From NCBI RefSeq assembly GCF_000142905.1, contig NW_013657645.1, forward strand, positions 297,231 through 361,230: a stretch of 64,000 bases of DNA. The letters run 5' to 3'. Made by a program: the position numbers and the translations under genes. The DNA is from Thecamonas trahens ATCC 50062 (Eukaryota; Protista; Apusomonadida). The notes below the pieces were generated by a model. That model did no database searches and had not been told where the DNA came from. It saw nothing but the letters and a program-made list of their open reading frames with translations. Positions 9,707 to 21,048 of this stretch are shown one piece after another (position 1 is the stretch's first letter; every line of letters begins with the position of its first letter).

Positions 9707-11488
9707 ATGATGTGGATGTCTGGAATGTTTGGTGTTACGGTGGTCGTTGTGGTCGTTCTTGTTGCCGCCATGGCTCCTGATGTCTCTGGCCAGCAGCTGT
9801 CGTGGTCGTTGCTCACGCCATCAACCTCTGCGGCACCATCTCCTCGACGTGATGCTGTGTGGGAGTATGATGCTGGAAGGAATCAAGTTGTTCTCTTTGG
9901 TGGTGTCTCTGCCTCGGGAGAGACAAACGATGTGTGGACCTTTGATTTGACCACAAACGTGTGGACAGAGCGATCCACCTCTGGTACCCGTCCGGTTGTT
10001 CGCTTTGATATGGTCTCGGGCATTGTGGGCAACTCGTTGTACATCTCCTCAGGTCAATCAGGTCCCATTGTGCTCTCGGATGTGTGGGAGCTTGATCTGA
10101 CAACCTACGCATGGACTCAGCTGCCGCAGGCTGGTGCCATTCCTCGCGGACGGTACGGATCGGCTGGCGGCGTCTTCCGCACAGGCACGGGCCTGTACCT
10201 CTCGCACGGCTTCAACAAGAAGGTCCGCTACGATGACACCTTCTTCTACTCGTTTGCCGAGCAAAAGTGGATCGAGGTGACGCCGGCAGGGAATCTGCCC
10301 GGCGCGAGGTGCCTGGTGGGCACCACCATGCTCACCGCCAACTCGTTCACCATGTACGGCGGATGCGGGTCCGGCGGCTACTCGCCGTGCCCGTCGCAGG
10401 AGAGCTTCATCTTTGCCGCCAACTTTGCCGATGGCTCGCGCAACTGGGTCAAGACCCGCAAGTGCCCGCCCAAGCTCCAGCGGGCCGCCATGGCGTTCTT
10501 CCCGGGCGACAGCTCCAAGGCTGTGCTCTACGGCGGCGCCAAGGCGACCGCCGGCGGCGTTGTTAACGTGCTCGACGTGCCATCTGGGGCGTGGACCCGG
10601 GTAGTGCCGGGCGGCAGCGCAGTGCCTGCCGTTCGCCAAGCTCACACCATGACGCTTGTGTACAACACGGCATCACCCTCGTCCGAGTACGTGCTGGTCT
10701 TTGGCGGGCAGGTCAGCGGCGCGCTGACCAACGAGATCTGGCGGCTGAGCGGGACGACGACGGCCGGACTGCCGAACAAGGCCTGCCAGATCGGCTTTGA
10801 CTTTCGGATTCTGCACGGCCTCTTTATGTGGCTCTCGTGGGGTCTCCTCCTTCCGGGAGGCATCTTTGCGGCGCGGTTCCTCAAGCACTCGAGCGCCAAG
10901 CCGCGCGGGCTTCCGATCTGGTTCTTCATCCACCGCATTGTCATGCCGATTGGGCTATGCTTTGCGCTGCTAGGCTTCATCTTTGCGTGGTTCATCACCG
11001 GCAAGCACTTTACCGCCCTCCCACACGCCATTTTTGGCGTCCTTGTCACGCTTCTCGGCCTGCTCCAGCCGGTCAACGCCTACTTTCGGCCGCACCCCAA
11101 CCCGCTCAACTGCAAGCGCAAGTTCTGGCAATACCTCCACTGGTGGGGCGGGCGGACGGCGGCGGTGCTCGGCCTGGTCAACGTCGGCCTCGGCGTATGG
11201 CATCTCAACCAGCACATCTTTGAGAACCTCTCGGGCCTGTACATCGTGTACGGTCTCGAGATGGCGCTGTTTGTCTTTGGCTTCCTCGCCCTCAACGTGC
11301 TCAAGGGCAAGAACGACGCCGAGACCTTTAAGTTCTCGTCGTGGCATGTTTGGTTGCCCAACATCACCCGCAAGGGCGAACCTGTCACCTCAACATCCAA
11401 CTCGGACGACGGCGTGGCCATGTCGTCGTCGTCGCCAGCGCGCACCAAGGGCAGCGAGTCGGCGGCGTCGTCGTCGTCATCGTCATAA
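9707..11488 (+). CDS. Signal peptide + Kelch beta-propeller + cytochrome b561 (ferric reductase-like) membrane protein
   Basis: Hydrophobic N-terminus; Kelch motifs (LFGG..NDVW.FD, YGG, FGG..NEIW); b561 heme His motifs HGLFMWLSWG, WFFIHR, PHAIFG, LQPVNAYFRP, HWWGGR. Confidence 0.88.
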   Translation: MMWMSGMFGVTVVVVVVLVAAMAPDVSGQQLSWSLLTPSTSAAPSPRRDAVWEYDAGRNQVVLFGGVSASGETNDVWTFDLTTNVWTERSTSGTRPVVRFDMVSGIVGNSLYISSGQSGPIVLSDVWELDLTTYAWTQLPQAGAIPRGRYGSAGGVFRTGTGLYLSHGFNKKVRYDDTFFYSFAEQKWIEVTPAGNLPGARCLVGTTMLTANSFTMYGGCGSGGYSPCPSQESFIFAANFADGSRNWVKTRKCPPKLQRAAMAFFPGDSSKAVLYGGAKATAGGVVNVLDVPSGAWTRVVPGGSAVPAVRQAHTMTLVYNTASPSSEYVLVFGGQVSGALTNEIWRLSGTTTAGLPNKACQIGFDFRILHGLFMWLSWGLLLPGGIFAARFLKHSSAKPRGLPIWFFIHRIVMPIGLCFALLGFIFAWFITGKHFTALPHAIFGVLVTLLGLLQPVNAYFRPHPNPLNCKRKFWQYLHWWGGRTAAVLGLVNVGLGVWHLNQHIFENLSGLYIVYGLEMALFVFGFLALNVLKGKNDAETFKFSSWHVWLPNITRKGEPVTSTSNSDDGVAMSSSSPARTKGSESAASSSSSS

Positions 11489-11528
11489 ATCAAACACTCT
11501 ATGCTGCATCCAGCTTTGTCTCCACTAC

Positions 11529-13208
11529 CTACGACGAGAGCGGGCGAACCCAGAGGTCGAGGATGACCAGCGAGATGAGGCCGAGGACGAGAGAGCCGAG
11601 GAGGGCGGCCGAGAGGACAAAGAACGACGCAAACTGCGAGGCGGCAAAGGCGGCGCCGGTCGAGCCGGCCTGGACGGCCTTGAAGGCGGCAAATGCCGCC
11701 TCGCGGTGCTCCGGGAAGAATGAGCCGAGGATGGCGTATAGCTGGGTGTTGTACGAGGCATCGGCAGCGCCGAGCGCAACAGCGGCCGGGAACATGACCC
11801 ACGACGGCCAGTCAAAGTGGGCGACGGCGTTGGCGGCGAGGACACCCACAACACAGGCAAAGGCGCCTGCAAAGAGGATCGGGCGCCGGCCGATGCGGTC
11901 CGAGACCTTGCCGAGAATGAGCGAGAGCGAGGCGTCGGCCGAGCCAAAGCACGCCATCAGCCAGCCGATCATGCGGAGGTCGACCTGCCGCGGGAAGATG
12001 CCGAAATAGTACGTCTGCGTCAGTCCCGAGTAGAACATGGGCAAAATGAGAAGCTGGAGCCGGAGCTTGCCAAACAGATGGAGAGTCTCCAGGACGAGCT
12101 CACGAGTGGTGAGCGTCGGCAGGCCAAGGTCGGGCCCGGCCTCGGTGTCCTGCACAGAGCCGGCTTGCGCAAGGAGCGACTCGGCCGCCGCGGCATCGTC
12201 ACCAACGACAGGCGCCTTGAGCAGCGAGCCCGGATACGTCGGCTTGACTGCAAGGAGCAGGAGCGAGAAGAGCAGCGCAATGCCGGTGAGGATGATGATG
12301 ACCACGTGGACATTGATGCCGACGTGCAGGAGAACGGCAACAAGCAGGTTGCCGGTCACCTGGTTGATCTGGAAGATGGAGAAGAACAGGCCAGACATCT
12401 TGCCCATTTGCCCAGCGTCCGATGACTGCGCCAGATGCGCGCCCTGCGCCGTCCACAGGACGCCGGCACCCACACCCATAATGCCTGCAACAGGCAGCAG
12501 GATGTACGCCTCGACATGGATGTTAGCCGCAATAAACATGCAGTAGGTAAAGGCGCCGATGCAGAGCGAGATCCGGTTGCCGAGCGTCCGCACCACCGCA
12601 GGAGCGATAAAGGTCGAGAGCGCAAGGCAGGTGTAGAGGATGCCGAGCGAGAAGAAGCCAAGTGACTTGTTGAGCGAGGTCTCAAAGTTCTGCAACGAGT
12701 TAAACGAGGTGAAGAGACCACAGAACGCTGTCGCCACCACAATCACGTTGCCCACGTTGTACTCGCCGAGGCCTACACCACAGAGCTTGAACACTTCGGG
12801 ACGGCCCTTCCCGCCACTGCCACCACCACCAGCTCCACCATCACCACCGCCATCATACGCAGTCGACAGGTGACGGCGAGCCGATGATGGCACGACAGAA
12901 CCAGCAGCGAATTTTCCATTTCCTCGCTCGTGCCCAACACGAGAGCGATTGGCATTCGAGTTGTAGGGCAGAGCAGATGTGAGAGCCGTTGCTGAGGAAG
13001 ACCTCGTGCTTGTCGCCGTCTTTGCACCACTCGACGTGGCAGGAGCCATGGCGGTGTTGGTGGCGGTGACGGTGGTGGTACCCAAGCCACGTGGGCTCTC
13101 ACTCGCTACATAGCTCAAGAGAGGTGAAGCAGGTGAAGGTGAAGGTGAAGGTGGAGGTATGAGTAGGGATGGTGAGCCTGTAGAGCCGTGCTCTGGAACG
13201 TTCTGCAT
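11529..13208 (-). CDS. UNC-93-like MFS transporter (start uncertain)
   Basis: FTSFNSLQN, LGFFSLGILY, GVGAGVLWTAQGAHL, FAAFKAVQ; about 12 TM segments. Confidence 0.88.
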   Translation of the reverse strand: MQNVPEHGSTGSPSLLIPPPSPSPSPASPLLSYVASESPRGLGTTTVTATNTAMAPATSSGAKTATSTRSSSATALTSALPYNSNANRSRVGHERGNGKFAAGSVVPSSARRHLSTAYDGGGDGGAGGGGSGGKGRPEVFKLCGVGLGEYNVGNVIVVATAFCGLFTSFNSLQNFETSLNKSLGFFSLGILYTCLALSTFIAPAVVRTLGNRISLCIGAFTYCMFIAANIHVEAYILLPVAGIMGVGAGVLWTAQGAHLAQSSDAGQMGKMSGLFFSIFQINQVTGNLLVAVLLHVGINVHVVIIILTGIALLFSLLLLAVKPTYPGSLLKAPVVGDDAAAAESLLAQAGSVQDTEAGPDLGLPTLTTRELVLETLHLFGKLRLQLLILPMFYSGLTQTYYFGIFPRQVDLRMIGWLMACFGSADASLSLILGKVSDRIGRRPILFAGAFACVVGVLAANAVAHFDWPSWVMFPAAVALGAADASYNTQLYAILGSFFPEHREAAFAAFKAVQAGSTGAAFAASQFASFFVLSAALLGSLVLGLISLVILDLWVRPLSS

Positions 13209-13542
13209 CCTCTCTCCCCGCCTGCTCTCCGGCTGGCCGAGTCAGATGCCGGCCGCCGCCCACCAATGGCACTCTCAGTTTATTGCAATCCAATTGATCG
13301 AGACAATCGAAAGCGGCAGCCGGTCGTGTGACTTGTCCTTTCGGTCAGGGCCTGGGAACTGGCGCTTTTTGCCCCGTCATCTTGGCCTGGGCTTCGGCCT
13401 GGGCCTGGGACCTGGCTCTTGGCCCTTGGCTCTTGGCTCCGGCATCTTACTGTTTCTTTGTGTCATGTTGGTCACGTTGGTCGGTTGATCGGTCGGTCGG
13501 TCAGCCGATCTGGGTGGTGGCTGACGTACAGCTACGGGAAGG

Positions 13543-14982
13543 CTACGGTGACGGAGTGTGATCAAGATGAGATCGGGGCTTGGCTAGCCAGGGAAGGCCG
13601 CCAGGAGGGAGCTTGCAGCAAGCAAAGAGTGGGGAGCCGTGACGGTTGAGGAGGGAGACGATGGACGAGTGGCCGCGCGCGGCGGCGAGTTTGAGCGCCT
13701 TGGCCCGTGCAGAGACGGGGTTGGCAGAAGGCGCAGAGATGAGGGCGAGCACAATGTCGTGGTGGCCGTGCCATGCAGCCTCACACACCGCGCGATACTC
13801 GGCGGCGCTGACATCAATGTGCTCGCACTCGAGGAGGCGTGCCACAACAGCAAGGTGGCCAGCGCTGGCCCCGGCGCACAATGCCGAGGACAGCGCCGGG
13901 CCGTCGGTCCTCCCGGTGCCCGCCAGAACGTCCACCACGCCAACATGCCCGCGCTTGGCCGCCAACCGCAGCGCTTCGTAGCCGCCGGCAGAAGGATCAA
14001 CTCTGGGGCAATCGAGCAAGAGGCGGACGACAGCAAGATGCCCATTGACCGCGGCAATACGGAGCGCTTGCGAGCTGTGCGCCGCGGGATCGGCACCGCC
14101 GCAGCCAACCAGCACGTTGACAACTTCTGCCGACCCGTGCGACGCCGCGAGGCAAACAAGTCGCGAGTTTCTCGCACAAGCATCAGCCGACGGACAGGCT
14201 GCAAGGACTGCCGCTGTGGCGCCCGCGTGACCAACTCGGATCGCAGCCTCCAGCGCCTCGGCCACGACGGCGCTCCCCAGCGGTCTGCCCGCCTCGGCCG
14301 CATCCCGCGCCAGCACCATGATCGCCGGGCTAGCACCATACGCGGCGGCCCAGACAAAGACCGGAACAGGCGCACAATCATCATCACGAAGCGTTGCCGC
14401 CACAGAGCAAGCCGCCAATCGCCGCACCAGGCGGAGCCAGTCCTCGGAGCAACTTGCAGCGCCGTTCTCAAATGCGATCCGAAGGCGGTGCTCCTCGTTC
14501 CAATTCCAACACGAGCAGAGTGGGCGGGAGGCGGCAAACAAGCGGTTGCGGGGCTGGCCTTGGTTGTGCCGTTGGTCACGGTAGTTATGATCATTAAGAT
14601 TGATGCGGTGGTAGTTGTTGCTGTGGTGATCATCGTTGCCGTTGTTGGAGTCGCTGTCGTGGTCGGGATGGTTGTCGTTGTCATCGTTGTTATCGTTGCG
14701 GTAGTCGCGGTCGTGGTCGTGTTTGTTGCCATGATCATCACCATGGTCATGATAATGTGGCTGAAAAAGGGCGCGAAGTGCGGCAGACCATTGCGAGCGA
14801 GCAAGACACCAGTCAAGGCCAGCAAGAGCATGGCTCCGGTCGCGGGCGTATGTGTCGCCTAGGAGGCTGGTATGTACATGAGTACATGTACATGCAAGCG
14901 CAAGTACGTCTTTGTGGGAAAGTACTCCTGTCTCAAACGCTATCGTGTGCAGGAGCTCGGTCGGGAGCTGCTCCATGGCCAA
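13543..14982 (-). CDS. F-box-like plus ankyrin-repeat protein
   Basis: LPTELLHTIA..LSHKDVLALACTC at the N-terminus; ALRIAAVNGHLAVVRLLL-type repeats; N/D/H-rich insert. Confidence 0.8.
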   Translation of the reverse strand: MAMEQLPTELLHTIAFETGVLSHKDVLALACTCTHVHTSLLGDTYARDRSHALAGLDWCLARSQWSAALRALFQPHYHDHGDDHGNKHDHDRDYRNDNNDDNDNHPDHDSDSNNGNDDHHSNNYHRINLNDHNYRDQRHNQGQPRNRLFAASRPLCSCWNWNEEHRLRIAFENGAASCSEDWLRLVRRLAACSVAATLRDDDCAPVPVFVWAAAYGASPAIMVLARDAAEAGRPLGSAVVAEALEAAIRVGHAGATAAVLAACPSADACARNSRLVCLAASHGSAEVVNVLVGCGGADPAAHSSQALRIAAVNGHLAVVRLLLDCPRVDPSAGGYEALRLAAKRGHVGVVDVLAGTGRTDGPALSSALCAGASAGHLAVVARLLECEHIDVSAAEYRAVCEAAWHGHHDIVLALISAPSANPVSARAKALKLAAARGHSSIVSLLNRHGSPLFACCKLPPGGLPWLAKPRSHLDHTPSP

Positions 14983-15631
14983 CTACGTTGGGTGTGGACC
15001 GTCAAACGTGCGCTGCGTTCCAAAGTGAAAAAAACCCGGCCATCAATTAATGTCTCAACAAAGGATCGTCATGATCTCACCGGGGCAGAATTGCCCTCGC
15101 AACGTCCCATCTCATGCTTGTAGCACGAGGACTAGCCAAGACATAGACGAGTGCGATAAAATTGAAAGCGGGATGCCCATACCTCTGGTCTCAGTAGAGA
15201 GAACGGGAGGGATAGACGAGATCGGAAGTAACTAACGTTCAAGCCAAGGTTCAATAATCGTTGCTGAGCCTTAACGTTCAACCGAACGTCTAATAATCGT
15301 TAGCCCCCGTTTGGGCCCCTTTCAGCAAAAAGCAAGTCCTCTCCGCTTTGTCGAAGAAGACGAGTTGGCGCACCACCTGTCGCACGGTGTGGCCTCTTCC
15401 ATGGGCAACAGCTTCAGTCACACAAGCATCCCGGAAGAGGCATACCTTCTCAATGCTGTGGTTACCAAAAGCCTCCAAAGTATGTCATTCCTCCTCCCCC
15501 TCCCCCTCCCCCTCCCCCCCTCCCGTTCCCCCCCCCCTGCCCCCCTCCCCCCCTCCCCCGCTTTGGTAAGCGCTCCCCACCGCGGCTGGTTGGGACAGGC
15601 ATGGACAACGTGATGCCGTCAATGTATATGA

Positions 15632-18600
15632 GTGAAACACTCATGCAGTTTATATTTGGGGGGATTATTGGGAGCAGCGGATGCGTACACTTTTGCCAAG
15701 ATCGTCAATGAGCTGACCTCGCTGGCATCGGTCAGCCCCCTGCCGTACATGGTACAGGCCGACGTGATCTGCGCTCCGGACCAAAGAGGGAAGCCGGTCA
15801 AGTCGAGCTCATCGTACTCGTCATCGGACGAAGATTCATCATCGGAGCTTCATGCCGAGGACAAGGCGGAAGCGACCGCGGCGCTGGTCGAGTATGGCGA
15901 AGCGGTGACGGCGGCGATGTGGAACCAGGCGCTGCGGGCGCTCGGCATCTCGCCGTCCGAGTTTGCGGGGGTGAGCGTCGACGACGCTGCTACGCTGGCC
16001 GGGCCGTCGGCATACAACGACTCTAACGAGTCGTCGAACTCGTCGTCGTCAACTTGCTCGTCGTCATCGGATGTAGAGTCGGCGCAAGTGTCGCCCAAGG
16101 CCTTGCTGCTGGCGCAGCTGCCAGCGCTCAAGATGTTCGATCTAGTGGCAGAGAACGACGGGCTCTCGCTGCGCGAGATGCAGGTCCTTGCGGTGCTGAT
16201 TGTACCTGCGCCCAACGGCGAGGCGGTGGTGACCAGGCTCTCACAGGTGTTTGGGGTGTGGTGGACGAGCGCCGACGGGGTGGAGACATTCTATGGCGCG
16301 GCGGTGCGCGGACTTCAGCGGATGCACCACCTCGGCTTTGCCGCCTTCTCTAAGGACCTCATCCGCAAGTCGCTGAAGGACCAGGCCAAAGCCAAGGCTA
16401 AGGCCAAGGCCATGGCCAAGATCCAGGCCAAGGCCGACGGCATGCGTGCGTCTCTGGAGGAGGCGCGGTCTGCGGCCAAGGCTCGCCTCGAGGCCGAGAT
16501 AGAAACCCGCAAGGCGCAGCTGGCCGAGGCCAAGAACGCAGCCATGGCCAAGGCGGCCGAGAAGAAGGCCGAGCTTGACGCCAAGCTTGAAGCCACGCTT
16601 CCACCTGAGCTTTTGGCTGAGAAGCAGCGGTTGGAGACTGAGTACGAGGCGCAGATTCGTGAGCAGGCTGCCGCGGCCCAGGCCAAGGTCAAGGCGCTGG
16701 CGGTCGAGGCCAAGACGGCTGCAGCTGATAAGATTGAGGATGTCAAGGGCTCGGCCGCGGCCAAGCTGGAGCGCGACCCCAAGATTGCTGCGCTCCTTCG
16801 TGAGCGGGCGCTGGTGCGCAAGCTCTACCGCCGCAACAGCTTTGCTGTCCGTGACTGGACCGTACTGGAGCCGGCTCTTGCCGCCCACGCCGAGCTTGCT
16901 AGCGACGACGAGGCGCGCAACATTGCCGCCGTCGTTGCCAACGTCCCGCCCGAGCTTATTGCGTATCAGGCCATGTACGCAGCTGCGCTCCTCGAGTCCA
17001 GTCGAGTTAAGGACGGCCTGGAGATCTTTGGTCAAGGCCTTGTTGCCGGGCTGGGTATTTACGCCGCCGCCGGTGCGCTGTCCCAGCCGGAGGGTGCGTT
17101 TGACATTGACTTTGATTTTGTCGGCGTTCCAGACCTCGGATCTCTGGGTGGTGGACTAGGAGGACTAGGTGCGGCTGGGGTTGGAGCCCTTGGTGGCGTT
17201 GGTGACGTTGGGGCTGGTGCAGTGGGTGGCATCGGCGAGGTTGGAGCCGCCGGCGTTGGTGGCGTTGGTGACGTTGGGGCTGGTGCAGTGGGTGGCATCG
17301 GCGAGGTTGGAGCCGCCGGCGTTGGTGGCGTTGGTGACGTTGGGGCTGGTGCAGTGGGTGACATCGGCGGTGTTGGCGTCGCCGCAGTTGGTGGTGTCGG
17401 TGACATCGACACCCCCAACGTCGGCACGCCTAACATTGACGCTCCGAACGTCGACATTGATCCGGCCGGGGTCGCTGGAATGGGTGGTGTCGGTGACATC
17501 GACGCTCCCAACGTCGACATTGATCCGGCTGGGGTCGCTGGAGTGGGTGGTGTCGGTGACATCGCCGCCCCCAACGTCGGCACGCCCGACATCGACGCTC
17601 CCAACGTCGATGTCGATCCTGCAGCTGCTGGCGCGGTCGCTGTCGGCGCAATGCAGATCTCGGCGCCAGACGTCGAGGCTGCACCACCCAATGCTGACGT
17701 TGATGTCGAGGCTGCGGGTGATGCGGTGACGGCGGCCGGAGCCGCGGGACTCAAGGCCGGAGCTGATGGACTCGAAGCGCTGGTCAACGCTCCTGTGACC
17801 CCGTTCCGGTGGGGCAACATCCTTAACTACGTTGGGTTCTTCTTTCTAATCGTGGAGCTTGTTCAGCTTATCGCGCTTCCGCTCAAGGATTACGAGGCCG
17901 GGACAGACCTCGGCGCGTTTCCGCAGGTGGTCTACCTCGAATTTGCGCGGACATCAATCTCGTCGCCAATCAACCTGACAACGTTTGGTACGGTTCTCGG
18001 CTTTTCGCTCGTTGGCCTCCTCCTGCTCGTCTTCTCGTTCCAGTTCCTTCGTGAGCTGTGGCAGTTTGAGTTTCTCAAGCGGCTTAGCGCCGAAGAGCGC
18101 GCCGCGCGTGAGTTGCCTGAACCGGCCGACTACTTCTTCTACTCGGTGGCTGGCTCGGTCATTTATGGGCATGGCAAGCCGCGACACGCCGCGTCGACGG
18201 TCAAGGCGCTCATATCGGTCCTCTCCGATGCCGGCTTCCTGCTCGTTGCCAACAAGCTTCTCTCCCTTCTTGCGTGCAGGTATACATCGAGCGGCGCCTT
18301 TCTTCTCATCGACCCGTCGATCCGGTGCTGGGAGGGCTCACACTCGGCGCTTGCCGCCTTTGCCCTGATCGCTCTGCTGTACTACGTCCCGCTCTGCGTC
18401 ATGATTGCTCCGACCCTGGTGGCCGACGACTCGTCCAAGGATACCAACTTTGCCAAGCTCTATCTCATGATTACCAACATCATCAAGTCGCTCATGCTTG
18501 TCTTTGCTACCTTTGCCTTTACTTCGCCAGTCATGCGGCAAGTCTCGGCGCTGTTTGGCTCGGCTGCCCTGGCCGCGCTTACTGCTGCCTGGACTTGGCG

Positions 18601-21028
18601 CTCACTCCGCGACGAGACAGATCCGCACAACGAGCCCTCGCCGCATGCCTTTCTCTCCATCCAGAAGGCCGGCATGTTCTACATCGGCGCCCTCTCGGCG
18701 TTGGTCGTTCTCTGTGCCTCGGGCCAGCTCAAGGGCCTGGTGCTCTTCGCGGTCCTCCTCGGCGGAGCGCTCCTCTTTGTCGGCGCTGTCTTTGCCATCC
18801 GCGCCAAGTTCTTCTCGCCCGAGTCGGCGGCAGCAGGCAAGGGGCCGGACATGATGATCAACCACCTCGACGGTGTCTCTGTCCTCACCGACATCTATGA
18901 CGAAGCCGGCCAGGTCGAGTTCTCCGCCATGCACGACAACGCCCGCAGAAACGCGCATGTTCTCATCTTGGTCTGCTCGATCACCTCGCGGGGCTCGCTA
19001 GAGTGTCTCCGCGAGATAGCAGAGAGCATTGCACGTGTCCGTGACGATGCCATCAGAAACCTGCCGCTTGTTGTCGCCTGCAACAAGATGGACCTCGAGA
19101 GCGACCGGGTCTTTGCGGATGCCGAAGCGGTGGCGCTGGCTACCGAGTTCAACGCCCCGCTCGTTTTCACGTCTGCCAAGACCCGCCTCGGCGTCGACGA
19201 CCTGTTCTCTACCGCCATCTCTGCCGCTGCCGAGAACACGCCGTACTGCCAAGGTTCGTTCGAGGTCAAGATCGTGATCTGCGGGGACGGCGGCGTCGGC
19301 AAGTCGGCACTCACTGTGCAGTACGTCTCCAACCATTTTGTGGATGAGTACGACCCGACCATCGAAGACTCGTACCGCAAACAGGTTGTGTTCACACCGC
19401 GATCGACAGCAGCACCTGGTGGTGCACGCAGGGCAGGTAGTGTCACCAAGGGCGGTCGAGCGAAGAGGTCACGGGCGGCACTCCCAGTCCAGCCGGCGGC
19501 GCCTCCGGAACCACTGTCACGAGACATTCAGAGTAGTTCACGACGGTCAAGCCTGTCTGCGATTGCACCAGCGACACCACCGTCAACTTCACTCGCCCCG
19601 GCACCGCCGCCACCAGCCTTGTCGCAGCCGGCCGCGATCGGCCCCCCTCCGCCGCCATCGGCCCCGTCAGCGCTGTCGGCTCCGTCGGCATCCATGCAGT
19701 CCGCAGTGATGCCGCCTATGTCTGATCTTGATACTTTTGGCGCAGCGCCAGCCCGGGCGTCGTCGTCAGCGCTGCTGGATGATCGCTCGATGGGTCCCAT
19801 ACCCGCTATGAAGCAGAGTGCCTTCTTTGACGAGGAGGACGAAGACGAGTTTGTGGCACTGAACGATCTGCAGATGGCTGACGACGGGATGATCGAGGCC
19901 GAGATCTGCGCCGAGCCGGTTGCACTGAACGATATCTCATCGCTTGCACCGATGCCCGCTCGGGCGTCAAAGTCGGTGGCGGCGCGGGCGCCTTCGGGTG
20001 GCGGGCGAGGCGGCCACGCTAGTGGCAGATCAATGCCGCCGTCGTCGGCGCGCAAGAAGAAGAAGAGGGCTGCTCCGGCGGCAAAGCTGTCAAAACGGAA
20101 AGAGGCGCCCAAGAAGCGTGACCTGGCCAAGGAGCTCGAGCCTGAGATCATACCTATTCCCAAGATCGCGCCCGCGTCTATGTCGGAGTCTGCTTCGTCG
20201 TCTGCATCTGCCGATGACGACGCAGTGTCGGCCGAGTCCGACTCTGAAGTCGGCGCGGCGCCGGTGGCAGACATCAGCTCGGTCCCGGCAGCCTTTCCCG
20301 CCGGGGGACTGTTGGACGTGGCTGGCGGTGAGGTGGCCGAGACTGAAGGAGAGCGTAGACGGCGCGAGCGGGAGGAGCGCTTGGCGGACAAGCGGCGCAA
20401 GCGCGAGGCAAAGCGGGCTGCCAAGGAGGCCAAGAAGCAGCGCAAGGCCGAGGCGAAGCGCAAGCGAAAGGAAAAGATCGACAACATCTACGCCAACATG
20501 GAGAACGCATTCAATGGGATCGGCAAGGCGATGCTGACGGTGATGCCGTCGAAATCCCCCGAACTACTGCGGGGCCGCAACGCAGTGGTCTATGTCTACC
20601 TGCCGTGGGTGCTTTCTGTTGCCATTTTTGCACCAGTCCTCCTCCCGCCGCTCATGGTGGTGCTCCTCCTCCCGTCGCTGTTTATGCTCCTTGTACTGCG
20701 GACCAAGTCGATCGAGCGTGACACAAAGAAGTTTGTGGCGCGGGCCAAGGTACTCGCGCAGGAGACCAAGAAAAAGTCCGCGCTGCGGTGGATGGCGCTG
20801 TTTATCACGGCGCTGCCGCTGTTTGCGGTGGCGGTGATCATTCCGCTCGTTCTCTGCCTAGTGGTCTTCCCCAACGTTCCACGCAATCACCAGCAAGGCG
20901 TCGTTCAGTCGTGTGTCGGCATCATGCTTGCGGCGGTGACCGCACTGCAGATCTTGGGCACCATCCGGGCAGCCAAGACGAACGAGGAGCTGAAAAAGCT
21001 GCGGCTCGCGCCAGCCACTGCTGAATGA
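15632..21028 (+). CDS. Multipass membrane protein with a circularly permuted Ras (cpRAS) domain; true 5' end uncertain (possible upstream exon MGNSFS.. at 15401)
   Basis: Coiled coil, then Gly/Asp repeats, ~8 TM helices (17810-18820), Ras motifs in the order [29 protein letters not shown], a low-complexity linker and 3-4 further TM helices. Confidence 0.85.
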   Translation: MKHSCSLYLGGLLGAADAYTFAKIVNELTSLASVSPLPYMVQADVICAPDQRGKPVKSSSSYSSSDEDSSSELHAEDKAEATAALVEYGEAVTAAMWNQALRALGISPSEFAGVSVDDAATLAGPSAYNDSNESSNSSSSTCSSSSDVESAQVSPKALLLAQLPALKMFDLVAENDGLSLREMQVLAVLIVPAPNGEAVVTRLSQVFGVWWTSADGVETFYGAAVRGLQRMHHLGFAAFSKDLIRKSLKDQAKAKAKAKAMAKIQAKADGMRASLEEARSAAKARLEAEIETRKAQLAEAKNAAMAKAAEKKAELDAKLEATLPPELLAEKQRLETEYEAQIREQAAAAQAKVKALAVEAKTAAADKIEDVKGSAAAKLERDPKIAALLRERALVRKLYRRNSFAVRDWTVLEPALAAHAELASDDEARNIAAVVANVPPELIAYQAMYAAALLESSRVKDGLEIFGQGLVAGLGIYAAAGALSQPEGAFDIDFDFVGVPDLGSLGGGLGGLGAAGVGALGGVGDVGAGAVGGIGEVGAAGVGGVGDVGAGAVGGIGEVGAAGVGGVGDVGAGAVGDIGGVGVAAVGGVGDIDTPNVGTPNIDAPNVDIDPAGVAGMGGVGDIDAPNVDIDPAGVAGVGGVGDIAAPNVGTPDIDAPNVDVDPAAAGAVAVGAMQISAPDVEAAPPNADVDVEAAGDAVTAAGAAGLKAGADGLEALVNAPVTPFRWGNILNYVGFFFLIVELVQLIALPLKDYEAGTDLGAFPQVVYLEFARTSISSPINLTTFGTVLGFSLVGLLLLVFSFQFLRELWQFEFLKRLSAEERAARELPEPADYFFYSVAGSVIYGHGKPRHAASTVKALISVLSDAGFLLVANKLLSLLACRYTSSGAFLLIDPSIRCWEGSHSALAAFALIALLYYVPLCVMIAPTLVADDSSKDTNFAKLYLMITNIIKSLMLVFATFAFTSPVMRQVSALFGSAALAALTAAWTWRSLRDETDPHNEPSPHAFLSIQKAGMFYIGALSALVVLCASGQLKGLVLFAVLLGGALLFVGAVFAIRAKFFSPESAAAGKGPDMMINHLDGVSVLTDIYDEAGQVEFSAMHDNARRNAHVLILVCSITSRGSLECLREIAESIARVRDDAIRNLPLVVACNKMDLESDRVFADAEAVALATEFNAPLVFTSAKTRLGVDDLFSTAISAAAENTPYCQGSFEVKIVICGDGGVGKSALTVQYVSNHFVDEYDPTIEDSYRKQVVFTPRSTAAPGGARRAGSVTKGGRAKRSRAALPVQPAAPPEPLSRDIQSSSRRSSLSAIAPATPPSTSLAPAPPPPALSQPAAIGPPPPPSAPSALSAPSASMQSAVMPPMSDLDTFGAAPARASSSALLDDRSMGPIPAMKQSAFFDEEDEDEFVALNDLQMADDGMIEAEICAEPVALNDISSLAPMPARASKSVAARAPSGGGRGGHASGRSMPPSSARKKKKRAAPAAKLSKRKEAPKKRDLAKELEPEIIPIPKIAPASMSESASSSASADDDAVSAESDSEVGAAPVADISSVPAAFPAGGLLDVAGGEVAETEGERRRREREERLADKRRKREAKRAAKEAKKQRKAEAKRKRKEKIDNIYANMENAFNGIGKAMLTVMPSKSPELLRGRNAVVYVYLPWVLSVAIFAPVLLPPLMVVLLLPSLFMLLVLRTKSIERDTKKFVARAKVLAQETKKKSALRWMALFITALPLFAVAVIIPLVLCLVVFPNVPRNHQQGVVQSCVGIMLAAVTALQILGTIRAAKTNEELKKLRLAPATAE
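17140..17640 (+). repeat. Coding tandem repeats ([20 protein letters not shown]; [14 protein letters not shown])
   Basis: Near-identical ~60-bp repeats inside the 1798-aa ORF. Confidence 0.85.
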
Positions 21029-21048
21029 ACAAAGAGCATGTACATGCT

